Positions 51,016 through 61,659 of a stretch of 64,000 nt of DNA are shown in pieces; position 1 is the stretch's first letter; each line of letters opens with the position of its first letter. The notes beneath the pieces are model-generated. The model saw nothing but the letters and a program-made list of their open reading frames with translations, did not search any database and had not been told where the DNA came from. The position numbers and the translations under genes were made by a program. The stretch covers positions 806,001 through 870,000 of the forward strand of contig MU008159.1 of NCBI GenBank assembly GCA_010909165.1. Reading direction: 5' to 3'. This DNA comes from Anthoceros angustus (taxonomy: Eukaryota > Plantae > Anthocerotophyta).

Positions 51016-53393
51016 TTGATGCAAGAGGATCCGAGCGAACGAGAGTTTGGAGCCGAACATGGTAAAATACGGAAGAAAGCAAAAGACTACAGGAACTATG
51101 TCACCAGAGACATTCCAGTGCACCTTTCAGCGGATGAAGAGAGGTTGGAATCTTCCTTCCACGAGGAGGACTACCTCACCCGAATTCGAGATGCGTATGC
51201 GAAGAAGGTGGTCCCGGTGGCTGGTGAAGCTGGAGAATCTGCGGCTGCCTCTTATCCCGGATGCGATTCGCGTGTGGATGAAGCGTGGACTAATTATCGC
51301 TCGCGTGATTGGAAGGGCCGAGTTGAGGAGGGCGTATTGCCCCTTTGTGCATGATTGATCCCAAGGAGTGTGATGATCTAGAGGACTGGTGGAAAAATTC
51401 AGGCAAGAAATACATCATGGGTGTGTGGCGGGAACCACACATTTGCGGCAATGCAACATTTGGCGGACATATCACCGATGAAAAGCGTTTCAAATGGATA
51501 GAGGCACATGTGTATTGTGGGTGACCACACGAAATGAGGGTTTTGGCGATCGATCACAATACAATGTCGACAAGCGGCGGAAGATGTCGTTCATAGAGCA
51601 AGTAAGATATCTCGAGATGAAGCGCTTATAGCCAAGCGGGATGGCGTGCATATGTCCATGAATTGGAAGTTCAACTGTATAAGGTATTGGGTCTTATCGA
51701 AGATGATGAAGGACGGAAGATGATGCCTACAAAGCGAACAAGGTTGACACAGACGCACATCTTGTGCATAGCGAAGTTGGAAGGAAGGGTATGGGAGAAT
51801 GTGGACAAAATTTTTGCAAAGTGGGAGGCTTGTGACTTGCAAGAAGAAACATGTGGCAGGATTGAGCAAAAGAGCAAAGGCAAGCGGAAAGCGGAAGAAA
51901 AGCGAAACAAGTTGAGGTATATTGGTGAAGCCAAGGAGATGCAGACAAAGCCATGGCGTTGCTTTCAAGGTATTCTGCGGGGAGGCGGGCAAATGCTTAT
52001 TAGTGCCACCGAGAAAGTTCTCACGCCTTATGGATTTGAAGGAATGTCGGATGAAATTATATTGCGCAAGAAATTGCATATCATCCAAGTGGCCATGGCG
52101 AAGCACTTAGGATGTTCATCTTTTGAGATGGTGAGGCAAGAGTACCCACAACATTCCACCGAAGTAGTCGCGAGTTCAGGCTTTCGAGGGAAAGGTATGT
52201 TATCATACTCTCTTGTTTCTTAGAACTTTATATGGTATAGGCGGGAGGAGGGAGGGAGGCGGCATGCGCCTCCTGTTGTCCTTCCGCATGCCCGCCCAGC
52301 AGGCGCCGGCTGCAGCGCAGCCAGGCGCCGGCATGCACCCCTGCTAGTAGGGGTTGCCGAGGAGGGCGCCGGCATGCGCGCCCCAAGTCTGCCTAGGCTA
52401 AGTGCGAGGGCGCGCGGCGCCTCGACATCGACTAATATTGACAAGCATCCTGTTTTTGTGCAGCAACAAAGACATTGAAGTCCTTACCAAGTGCCCCAAA
52501 ACTTTCAGCAGTTCATTTATGAGGTCAACACTTGGAAGGGCTTGGAGGATGAGCGCATGAGATAGAGACATTGAAGAGGATTGTTGCAATTTGTCCCCAT
52601 CGGAGAAAAAGTACGATGTCAGTTCATGCTCGAGATGTGCGGATATGCGAGGTTTTGTGAGGAAGAGGAGTTACTCTTTGCTTGTGATGGATGTCCCACG
52701 TGGATTCGAGAAGGGCCCAAAGGATGGAAGGTTTGATATTTGGCAAGTTGGTAATGTTTTGCATTCCTTCCATGACTTGAATCGGCGATTCGGGATGATC
52801 ATAATGCATGGTGTGGAAGATTCACATATTGTGCGGAGCCTATCGGAAGTGGTGCGGAGGGTGGTCTTGTTTCATTTGTGTGGACAAGACAAATGTCAAC
52901 AACGACAAGGGTGGGTTTGATACGGTGGAGTATATGCTTGGGGGGAAGAAAAGCTCGAGTTCTGGGCTGTCATGTTACCTAATGTTTTGGTGGCACTTTC
53001 AATAATGGTCGGTCGGTGATTGCCCACCATACGATTGTGAAAAGCGGTTTATCATTCACTTGACAAACTTGTTATGTCCCTACCGGCCTTTAGGTTTGAT
53101 GATGAAGCTTATCAAGACATTCTCAAGGAAGGGTGGATATTGGATGCATGTGCGGTAGTGGGTCATCTTTAATGGCTGCCTTGTTGTCGGCGAAATTGTA
53201 TTTCTATCGAGGCGGACAAGAGGTGTGCGAAATTCATTCCACAGTGTACATGGATATAATCTTGCGGATGCGGAGGAGGAGGCGACACATGAGCCGCATC
53301 GTCGTGGTCCATCTCAATTGGGCCAAGGAGGTTTGCGTCGGTGAGAAGGATATTGGGAAGGCTCAAATTGTGCCTCTAGGGTCGAGCGAATGA
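51016..53393 (+). pseudogene. ParB/Srx-like domain fused to a beta-class amino DNA methyltransferase (N6A/N4C type), one intron (~52196-52464); frameshifted in this sequence
   Basis: ParB-like VCGGNHTFAAM (51421-51453); catalytic motif IV-like YSLLVMDVPRG (~52670-52704) precedes CPYRP.GLMMKLIKTFSRKG and motif I ILDAC.GSGSSLMAA (~53138-53180), then RNCISIEAD; donor AAG|GTATGT and acceptor TGTGCAG. Confidence 0.75.
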
Positions 53394-54364
53394 AAGAAAG
53401 GACTGAGACCCCGCGATGAGGGCACAGACACTAGAGGTCAGATGGCACACCTGGGGTTGGGAAGGAAGACGACGCCCAGCGATGATGGTCATGACTCTGG
53501 AGAGACAGATGAAGAACGCCCGAGAAACGCCACCGTAGTTCCCGATAGTGAAGCCGGTTTGTGTGCGGTTGAATCTTGGACCGTGAACTTCCTTAGGTGG
53601 CTAGAACGTTTTCTTTGAATCAGATCGTATGGGCCGTTGTCTTTGGAGTGGATGACACGCCGGATCTTCTAGTAGCAAGTTGTTCTGTGTCTGGCCATGA
53701 GGCCATTTTTGAATACATCTGAGCGGACGCACTCTACTTATAACTGAGCATTGCCGCTTGTCCGCAAGCATCCCTGCACCCTAGCACCTTCATTGCAGAC
53801 CCCTTTGAACACGAGTTCGAATGTCAATCACAATGATTGCTTGGCACGGGCGCATGTGCTTTCGAAGAGACGTGTTTGGAGCGAATTAGTAACTGTATGA
53901 AAAGTACCAAGCGGCGGCAATTTTTCCATAACCGGCGTACATTATTCCGCCGGTATGAATATTATCGTGTTAGAGGTGTTGCAACCCACACCCACCGGAC
54001 CCGCAATTTCAACTAGGCACCCTTGTAATGAGGACAAGAGAGAAAGAGTAAAGGCCAAGGGAGAGAGAGAATTTTGGGAAGAGAACGGGTCCTTAAACAT
54101 TTGGACAAACTGGGCCTGTACGGTGATGAACCGGTGAGAAGCAACAGAACCGTGAGGTTAACCAGGTCCTAAAGATTTAGGCAAGCGCCCGATGCCGGCG
54201 TAGCATCGTGGTTAGTAACGTAGTGAGCGACGGGGGTAAGATAGGCAAGTTGAGTAGGAAAACGCAAGCGAGCGGAACAGTCAGTCTCTTGGGAATGGAC
54301 CCCATACCACAACGACACGGGATCGGTGCACACCCGGCTGGCCGTCAGCAAAAGTAGTTCCACA

Positions 54365-54720
54365 ATGTCATTGTCCTCAACTGAGGCAGAATATTCTGCT
54401 CTTACACAAGCTGCGAAGGAGGGCATCTGGTTGAGCAGACTTATGAAGGACATGGGACTGGAGCAGACTCAACCAACATTGATCTACTGAGACAATCAAT
54501 CAGCACTTACCCTTGCACAGAATCCAGTTTTTTATGCCTGAACAAAATACATTAAGGTCCATCACCATTTCATTCGTGATGCAGTTTCTTCAGCTCAGAT
54601 CTGTCTTGAGTATATTCCTACAGGATCTAATGCAGCTGACCTGCTTACTAAAGCTCTTCCTAAGGTAAAATATAATCTGCTTAAGGAGATGCTTGGAGTC
54701 TTAGATTCCAACAGTCCTCA
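54365..54720 (+). pseudogene. Remainder of the Copia RNase H split by the nested insertions
   Basis: SLSSTEAEYSALTQAAKEGIWL...DNQSAL.LAQNPVF...IKVHHHFIRD...ADLLTKAL. Confidence 0.92.
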
Positions 54721-55204
54721 TCTTTTTTCTAGTCATCAAAATTTTGAACTAGTAGTGAGAACCTTTTGCATCTTTTGAATCTTGAGACATTTGGCGTGGG
54801 CCCATTTCCAAGTGTAGCCCACTCTCGCACTGCACGCTGATCAAGAGCATTAGGTCAACGAAGATATTATCGTCCCAATGTCTGAGAAACAAAGTCTTGT
54901 AGGATTCCCAAAGCGAGAGTATTATCTTAGGATTGATTGGTATGAGTGAAAGGTTGGTGTGTAAACAAGTTTGCACCAAGAATCACAGCAGGAGCCCTAA
55001 AAACTCTAAAACATGTTCATACACATGCTGGTCGTGAGAATCACCTTCTTTTAGAAAACCTCATAATTAGATAAAGTTTAAAATCAAATTGTGCCTAGGT
55101 AAATAAGACCTAAACTCTTCAAAATAGCCGTTTTCAATGTGGATGTAATATGGCTTACCATTAATAATGGGGCTGGGCGCATCGGCCTTCCTTGTGTGAG
55201 GTCG

Positions 55205-55400
55205 TCTGCGCTAGATCACTTCCTGGATAAAGATAAAGAGAAGTGTGAGGATCTATGCGCGAGATCACCCTTTTAATAAAGATAATGAGAGGTGTGAGAT
55301 TTTTGATGCGAGATCACCTTTTAGATAAAAGATGAAAGAGAGGTGTGAGGTCTTCCGCATGAGATCACCCTCTAGATAAAGATAAATGTGAAGATAAAGA
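55205..55400. repeat. About four ~48-bp repeats (GAGATCACC...GATAAAGATAA..AGAGGTGTGAG); related unit at ~63195-63245
   Basis: Read directly; CTTCCGCA..AGATCACCCTCTAG.TAAA.GATAAA is shared with the 63.2-kb copy. Confidence 0.7.
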
Positions 55401-55581
55401 GAGGTGGTATATGGTTTTGTCGGGTTGCTTTCAATTAGAGCATGCAGTTTTGTACTTGGTTTTTAGGTGTTTTTACAATGGTGATAATATAGCAATAAGG
55501 ATACCATTTGAACCAACAAAATGATTGGACAGGTATGTTGAACCAAGTTGATAAAACCTTGGACCATGGTCTGCCTAAGCT

Positions 55582-55745
55582 GATGACCTCTCGCGTGGCC
55601 TTCTCGCGATGACCTCTCGCGTGGCCTTCTCGCAATGACCTTTCGCGTGGCCTTCTCGCGATGACCTCTCGCGTGGCCTTCTCGCGATGACCTCTCACGT
55701 GGCCTTCTTGCGATGACCTCTCGGGTCGCCTTCTCGCGATGACCT
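55582..55745. repeat. 26-bp minisatellite (GATGACCTCTCGCGTGGCCTTCTCGC), about 6 copies
   Basis: Unit starts at 55582, 55608 and onward. Confidence 0.92.
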
Positions 55746-55818
55746 TTAGCATCGCCTTCTCCCAAGACTCCTCCACATATTCTCGAAAAACATCAAGAAT
55801 CAACACTATTGCTCAATC

Positions 55819-56585
55819 ATGGATGAGGCAATCAATAAGTACGAAGACTTTACCAGACAAGCCAAGGGACATCTCACAGCTGTGGAGAATGGAGAAGCCT
55901 TTGAAGACCAAGAGGATGACCTCGTTGCGGGTTCAGAGGAGCAACATGCCAAGGCCAGATTAAAGCACGACACCAACCTTATATGGAGTGAAGAAGCAAC
56001 AATGGTCCTGATAGAAGCCTATCATGAGATGCACCTCAAGCAAGGGACTCTCACCACAAACACTAAAATGAGGTTGTTGCTGAAGTTGGCAACAATTGTG
56101 GCCTTTCTTGTGTGACTGCCAAAAAGTGCAAGATGAAAATGGAGAATCTAAAGAAGCGATATCGAAAAGAGAAGGAGCAGAAAACAGCAACGAGGAGCAT
56201 CAATACCACGTGGCCACATTTCCATGCAATGGTAGATCTTTGCGACAAGAACCCAAAGTTCCGAGGGATTCTAGGTGCCCTGGATCCTGGAAAGTCAAAG
56301 CCTAAGGAAGGTATTGCCAACTCACCTTCAGATGCTGCCAGGAGTGGAACTTACTTAGTTGACTCTGAGCAAGCTTCTCAAGGTGATCCGCCTCATGCAC
56401 CTCAGCACGTAACTCCCGATGCTCATGAGACCACTGAAGAGCAGTGTGCAGAATCCCCAAGTAAGCCAAGCATTGAAGAACATGACAACATGTGCGATTC
56501 TGTACAGGGCAAAAAGGTCAAGCGTAGAAGGTCTTCTACTTCAGGAGTTGGAAAGGAAATTGCGGCAGGTAGCATGGGACAATGA
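55819..56585 (+). pseudogene. Trihelix (Myb/SANT-like DNA-binding) protein, one frameshift near 56070; resembles Harbinger ORF1-type proteins
   Basis: IWSEEATMVLIEAY...(W)EVVAEV...TAKKCKMKMENLKKRYRKEK...TWPHFHAMVDL is the canonical trihelix pattern. Confidence 0.78.
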
Positions 56586-56628
56586 AGGTGGACCTTGGGG
56601 GTCAAGGTCAAAAAGAGCGACTAAGCCC

Positions 56629-56889
56629 TTACCTAAAGTTACCTACTGCTCCTAGAACATCATATGCAGGAAGAGCAAATGGCCTGCAAATGGCGGAGGA
56701 AGAGGAAGAAGCGTCACTTGCCGTCACCGCCTCGTGAAGGATTGCCGTCGAGATGGCCCTTTGAAGAGCAATGGAGACTCGCTGTCTGAAGTATGCTGTG
56801 AAATAAGGAAGGGGCAACCCTGCGCCATGCCTGCGGGTGTGGTAGGATTTGGCACATGACTCGAGAAATTGATCGAAGTCCGTAACCAT
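56629..56889 (-). mobile_element. 3' fragment of a restriction-like-endonuclease (CRE/R2-type) non-LTR retrotransposon
   Basis: YFRQRVSIALQRAISTAIL matches the conserved C-terminal helix of RLE non-LTR ORFs. Confidence 0.55.
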
Positions 56890-56904
56890 TGCCCCATATC
56901 GAGT

Positions 56905-57063
56905 ATACAGATACCTATGTATTCTAATAAATTTTGAAATTTGATAAAATTATTTTTTATTAATGTTGAACTTTTGAAAAATATAAATATTTATGTTGGA
57001 CCTTATTTTTTCGAAAAATAATTATTTCAGCATTACCCTGTTGAACCACCCCTTGAGATACGG
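56905..57063 (-). mobile_element. Left half of the CCGTA-type MITE, reverse orientation
   Basis: Reverse complement begins CCGTATCTCAAGGGGTGGTTCAACAGGGTAATGCTGAAATAATT and aligns with ~2927-3085. Confidence 0.8.
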
Positions 57064-58349
57064 CAGTGGAAATCATCCTCATTAATCTCTTCCATCTTGA
57101 AGCATCCGACTCTGCATACTTGCTCATCAAAATGCGCAAAACCATGTGTTGCTTCTTTCTTTTACCCACCAACCTGAATCTTGGCAAAGGGATATATACT
57201 TTGCTACCACCATGTTGTGCAACTAATTCACACACGTGAAGAGATGCTTGCCTAAACCTAGAACCTCATTATTGTCATCGTCATTCAATATCTTTCTCCG
57301 CTTAAATCCTAACCCAACATAGCCAAATGGCCTCTAATAGCCAAACAAAAGCTTATGAATACATATGCAAGATGACTTCACAAGTTTGCAAAAACAACAT
57401 GATCAACAATTTAGTTTATGGCTCCATCAGTCCTGAAGGTATGAGCCTCTCTATCTTTAGCACCAATGTGTTCAAACAAATTGACAATTTGCTGACTTGC
57501 CGAGATGTTGGGCACAAAACCCTACTAGCAAACAAAAAAGAGATGAGATTTGGCCTTGCATACAATGGAATACATGCAAAAAAAATGAAGAATGCAAATG
57601 GGTAATTTGGGGTAATTTCTATCCAGTTCAGTTCGATGACCTGTCCGTGGGATCATGGTTTGTTATCTACGGTTCGTTTTACAGTTCAATTCAATATCGA
57701 AATTGAACAGTCTAGTTAACTGCAGTTGATGTAGCGAACTATGAAACTAACGCAGTACGGTTGAATCACACCAGAGGTCCTTAGGACCCTTATGTACTGC
57801 CGGTTCGAGCCGGAGTTTAGCAGTTGGTCCGGTTCAAGCCAGGAGTAACAATGCTGTCGGGGTAGCAAGTAATGATTGGCTGTATCAATTAGATTGGCTG
57901 TATCTAATTGAAACAGTTTGGTTTCTCCCAGTCTGGACCCACGCTAAATCGAGAATCCACCACCATAAATTGCCCAGAGTTTGGAGGAAATGAGATGAAA
58001 AAATATCTGTTGTTCATTTTTACCTGTCACTTATATCTGTTATACTTTTCGTAGTAACTGGTGAGTTCAATTTTTTTTATGCTTGTGCGAGAAGCCATAG
58101 TTTGCTGATCACATGTTGCTCGCCAGTTCAAGTGGATTTTCAGCCTGGACTATTCAAATCGAAACTGAATTGTCCCCTTGGCATACGGTTCGATGAACTG
58201 AACGATTGAACTGAACTCACATCAGTTCACACTGCCTAAGAGACCTAAGATTATGTGCCATCCTTATTTTCGACGCGGTTTGGAAGATCATAGAAGGCAT
58301 CTTGTTAAATACCAAGTCCCATAATTGGAAAACATTTTCCTGGTGGGTT

Positions 58350-60811
58350 ACAATATATTCTTGTCTTCTTCTACTTGGAGTTTAGGGCGACGGATGGCGA
58401 TGGTGTCGAGACCCGATATGGCGCACAGGGCTTTGCTCCGGAAGCGCGACCAGATGCATGGAAGTTCGTTTCAGGTTATCCGTGTGAAAACTTGTACTTT
58501 GCATGGACGGCGGAATCACCTTCCTTGCTAGGAAAGCCTCAGTCAGCCGCCTCCAAAAGAGCTTGGAAGATGTCTAAAGGTACAGCTTCGGAATCTTCCG
58601 AATTCCAATGCTGCACCATCTTTTCCCTTCCTGCCCATGTGACGGAACCATGGTGACTATGCCCCATGGTCGTTTCGTCTACTACATTTGCGTGCCGCTG
58701 TACCGTAGTGTTGTGTCAAAGGAATATAAGAGATGACGAAGCGCGGGGGCTCTCGTCAGGCTATCCATTGCTTACACAATGCAGCACCTGTCCCAAAGAC
58801 ACCTTCATAGCATGCAAGGGAGGATGGGAGGGCAACTTGTAGTACCTTTAGGTGTTGTGGCAGATGCAAACAAGTGGCAGCCCGCATACGCGCTCAGCCT
58901 GGACCCGGTTCACATCCTTGGACTGCAAAGCGGCAGCTCCCACCTTCCCTTGCCACATCGCTCAGGCTTCCCTGCATTCAAATTCGTCTCATCCTAGCAA
59001 GCTGGGGAATTCAATTTGATCGCATTCTTGGGATCAGCTCCTCAAGTCACATTGATTATGCCATGCCTCTCTAGAGACCACCTTGTGCTGGTTGTAAGCT
59101 GGATTTCGCCAGCAACTTCACAAGGCATTGTGTCGACTGAAAATGGATACATACCGTCTTGCTGTATGGTTTTCCACAGTGCCTTCCAATCTTGATTAGG
59201 TTTGCACCAGTTCCGATAATCTCGATCATCAAACATGCCACTGCCATCGTCTCCCATTTCATCTACCTGTTTCTGCACCACTGCCACTCCCGTGTACACA
59301 GAAGTACAGCCCTCGTTCCAGATCATTCCGGATCTGCAAGGCACATTCGCTGCTGTCGTTGGACCCAGAATCAGGCCCCGCCCTCACGACCTCGGGCGCT
59401 TCCTGCCACAGCTACAGGCTCAATCGAACCAGATTCCAGGCCTGCATCCCCGATCCTTGATCTCCTACAGCTGCCCGTCCCCCGCAGGAGGGCGAGGAGG
59501 GATGGAGTTAAGCAAGCACATTCACCCCAAGAAAGGAAGCAAATTTTCTCTGGCGCACACACTTTAGCACTGGCTGCTACTTCAGTATTCTCACGGTCGG
59601 CCCTTACAAATGCAACAACCAGCAGCGAATCGATGCACACGGTACCCATCCCTTACAACAATGTCTCTCTATTCAAGCCTTGACATGATCTCCGTGGAGC
59701 TGTGGCAATCACTTCACGTAGACTCCTTCCTGCTTCAGACGTGCATTCGTGCACACCCAGCAATCAGGGCAGTCCATGTCACCACATGATCCTTTGTGGC
59801 CATGCTGTCAAAAACCTAGCGTGCATTTTTCACTTCGCCACATTTTGAATACATGTCCACCAGGCAGTTGCCAACAAACACGCTAGTAGAAAAGCCACCC
59901 TGCACCACATCGCGGTGCACTTTTCTGCCAGATTCCAAGTCAGCGGCAAACGCACAACCTCAAGGGCAGCTACCAAGACGTGACCATTCGCCTTCACTCC
60001 TGACCTACGCATCCCATGGTACAGTTGTATGCCCTCGTTAGGTTTCCCATGTTTAGCATATGCAAAGATAACATGATAACATCTGGCTTGCCTACCCTGA
60101 CCACATCCATGGCCTCCTGCAGCCTACCTCCACATGCATACATGCGCAAGACATGGTTTCCCAGAGTTTGACAATGAGATCATGAACCGTCGCCCCACAA
60201 CCATATCCTTCTTCGCTGGACACAGGTTCAGCACAGTGCAAAACAGAGACTGAGAAATAGCAGAATCTTATCTTCGCCAGAAATTCCAAGGCTCAAACGG
60301 CCTCAGAAAGCTTCCCCTGCTGACATAACGTGCTCACAGTTACAGCCGTAACGACGCCCATTTCCGAACCTGCACACCTGCCAGTTTCAGGCTTATCCGG
60401 AGCGCTGGACTTGGAAGGGGAAGCACCAATAACCATCTGCAAATCCAAGGAAACGAGCTGCTCATCAACCCAAGCTGGCTTAAATATGTTGTTTAACCAC
60501 AGCACCTCGCCAGAACACTTACGCCGGAAGCCAGGCGCACGGGAGCTCTTCCTGTCTCGTCTGTTGTCCCATCACATGGTAGAGTCCAGAAAAGATTGTT
60601 CCCACAACTGCTCCTGCTTCTGGCAACGACCACCGCTGGAAAACCCGTCCCCACCTACACATGTTCTCGAAAGTGCTGGGCTCCTTACACTGCTGCACCT
60701 GGAGGCTTTGTTTGCCAGAGGCTGACTACCTGAGCTGAGCTGAGCGGGAGCTCCTCGTAAATCCCTGTATACCCACCAATTGGTTGGGTCCATACGGGGT
60801 CCGGTTGCCAT
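58350..60811 (-). pseudogene. PLS-class pentatricopeptide repeat (RNA-editing-factor type) pseudogene
   Basis: LCQQGKLSEAV; GRKVHRDVVQGGFSTSVFVGNCLVDMYSKCGEVKNAR*VFDSMATKDHVVTWTALIAG; E-domain-like SSSYIPL..YG near 58.72 kb; multiple stops and frameshifts; ends approximate. Confidence 0.75.
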
Positions 60812-61088
60812 ACTGTGGCCATCGTTCAGGGATGTATTCCAAATACAGCTTGAAGGAACCTAAGAGGTGTTTTCCCTATCGTCCTCTCATACCCCTAATC
60901 TACTGTCCCGTGACCAGAGACGCACGTTTTTCGAAGCTGGCCCTCGACACCTTGCTTAACCCGAGAATGACGAGGCCCTTTTTCGGCCTTTCAGAGTGAA
61001 TTCCTTATATTTAACCACAATTAAGTAAATAAAAATCGGACTGCTTTCTCACAATTACCACCATGGTTAGTTCCACACCCTCATCGAT

Positions 61089-61659
61089 TAGGAGTGCCAG
61101 TTTCAACGAAGTGCCAGTTTCTTCAAACTAATGTCAATTCAATTGAGCAGTTCACTTCCTTGAACTGTATGCCGAGTAGGTAGACTGTTTAGTTCGAAAA
61201 TCCAGTTTCTTCAAACTAATGTAAATTCAATTGAGCAGTTCACTTCCTTGAACTGTATGCCGAGTAGACTGTTTAGTTCGAAAATCCAACTAAACTGGCT
61301 AACGAATTATAACTAGAGATCTACAGCCTCTCGGGCAGGCACATAAAGCTGAACATGGGTTGGTTTGAAGTGAACTCCCCGTAATTCGTATATAAAATAA
61401 AGTAGACGTAGGTGACCGGTAAAAATGAAATACATAATACATTTGCTTCCATCTCACTTCGTTCCAACTGTGGGTAATCCGTGGCAAGGAGAGAAACCCA
61501 ATTAGTAGTCAATCATTATTTACTACATCAGCACATTGTCAGCAATTTCGTTGCCACGATAGATATTGTCCATACGTCGATTCGAGCACTGTTCGATGCT
61601 GACTTGGCCTTGAACTGAACCGAACTGGCCAAACTGAGCTCCCGAACTGGCAATGCATA
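61089..61659. mobile_element. Probable hAT-type MITE rich in GAAC/GTTC motifs, with an internal ~88-bp tandem duplication (61114-61287)
   Basis: Ends TAGGAGTGCCAGTT and AACTGGCAATGCATA are imperfect inverted repeats; no TSD seen; similar GAAC-rich patches at ~37560-37770 and ~57620-58240. Confidence 0.45.

Larger units (their letters stand above)
41594..53971. mobile_element. 12.4-kb TIR DNA transposon (Sola/DUF7869-like) carrying accessory genes
   Basis: Perfect 21-bp TIR AACACGATAATATTCATACCG (41594-41614) and CGGTATGAATATTATCGTGTT (53951-53971), extending imperfectly with GGAATAA; flanked by AG on both sides; contains DDE transposase motifs. Confidence 0.85.
41093..54364. mobile_element. 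Solo-LTR-like insertion (TGTGGA...TCCACA); ~0.9 kb after removing the nested DNA transposon
   Basis: Inverted termini TGTGGA/TCCACA; flanked by GTGTC and ATGTC (4/5 TSD); removing it restores Copia KQSTVS-LSSTEAEY. Its own sequence is 41093-41593 plus 53972-54364. Confidence 0.75.

Noticed and set aside
41093-54364. A full-length 13.3-kb LTR retrotransposon
   Set aside because: The two ends are not direct repeats of each other and no gag/pol lies between them; a solo LTR with a nested DNA transposon explains it better.
54749-54979. Possible hAT C-terminal dimerisation fragment
   Set aside because: The resemblance is weak and split between frames.
37128-57063. Idea that the two MITE halves are ends of one 20-kb element or a simple inversion product
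   Set aside because: Their orientation (right half +, left half - downstream) fits neither a TIR pair nor a single inversion.
56960-57706. Possible Harbinger transposase fragments near the trihelix gene
   Set aside because: No GAIDG/DDE motifs seen, and part of the ORF runs through MITE sequence.
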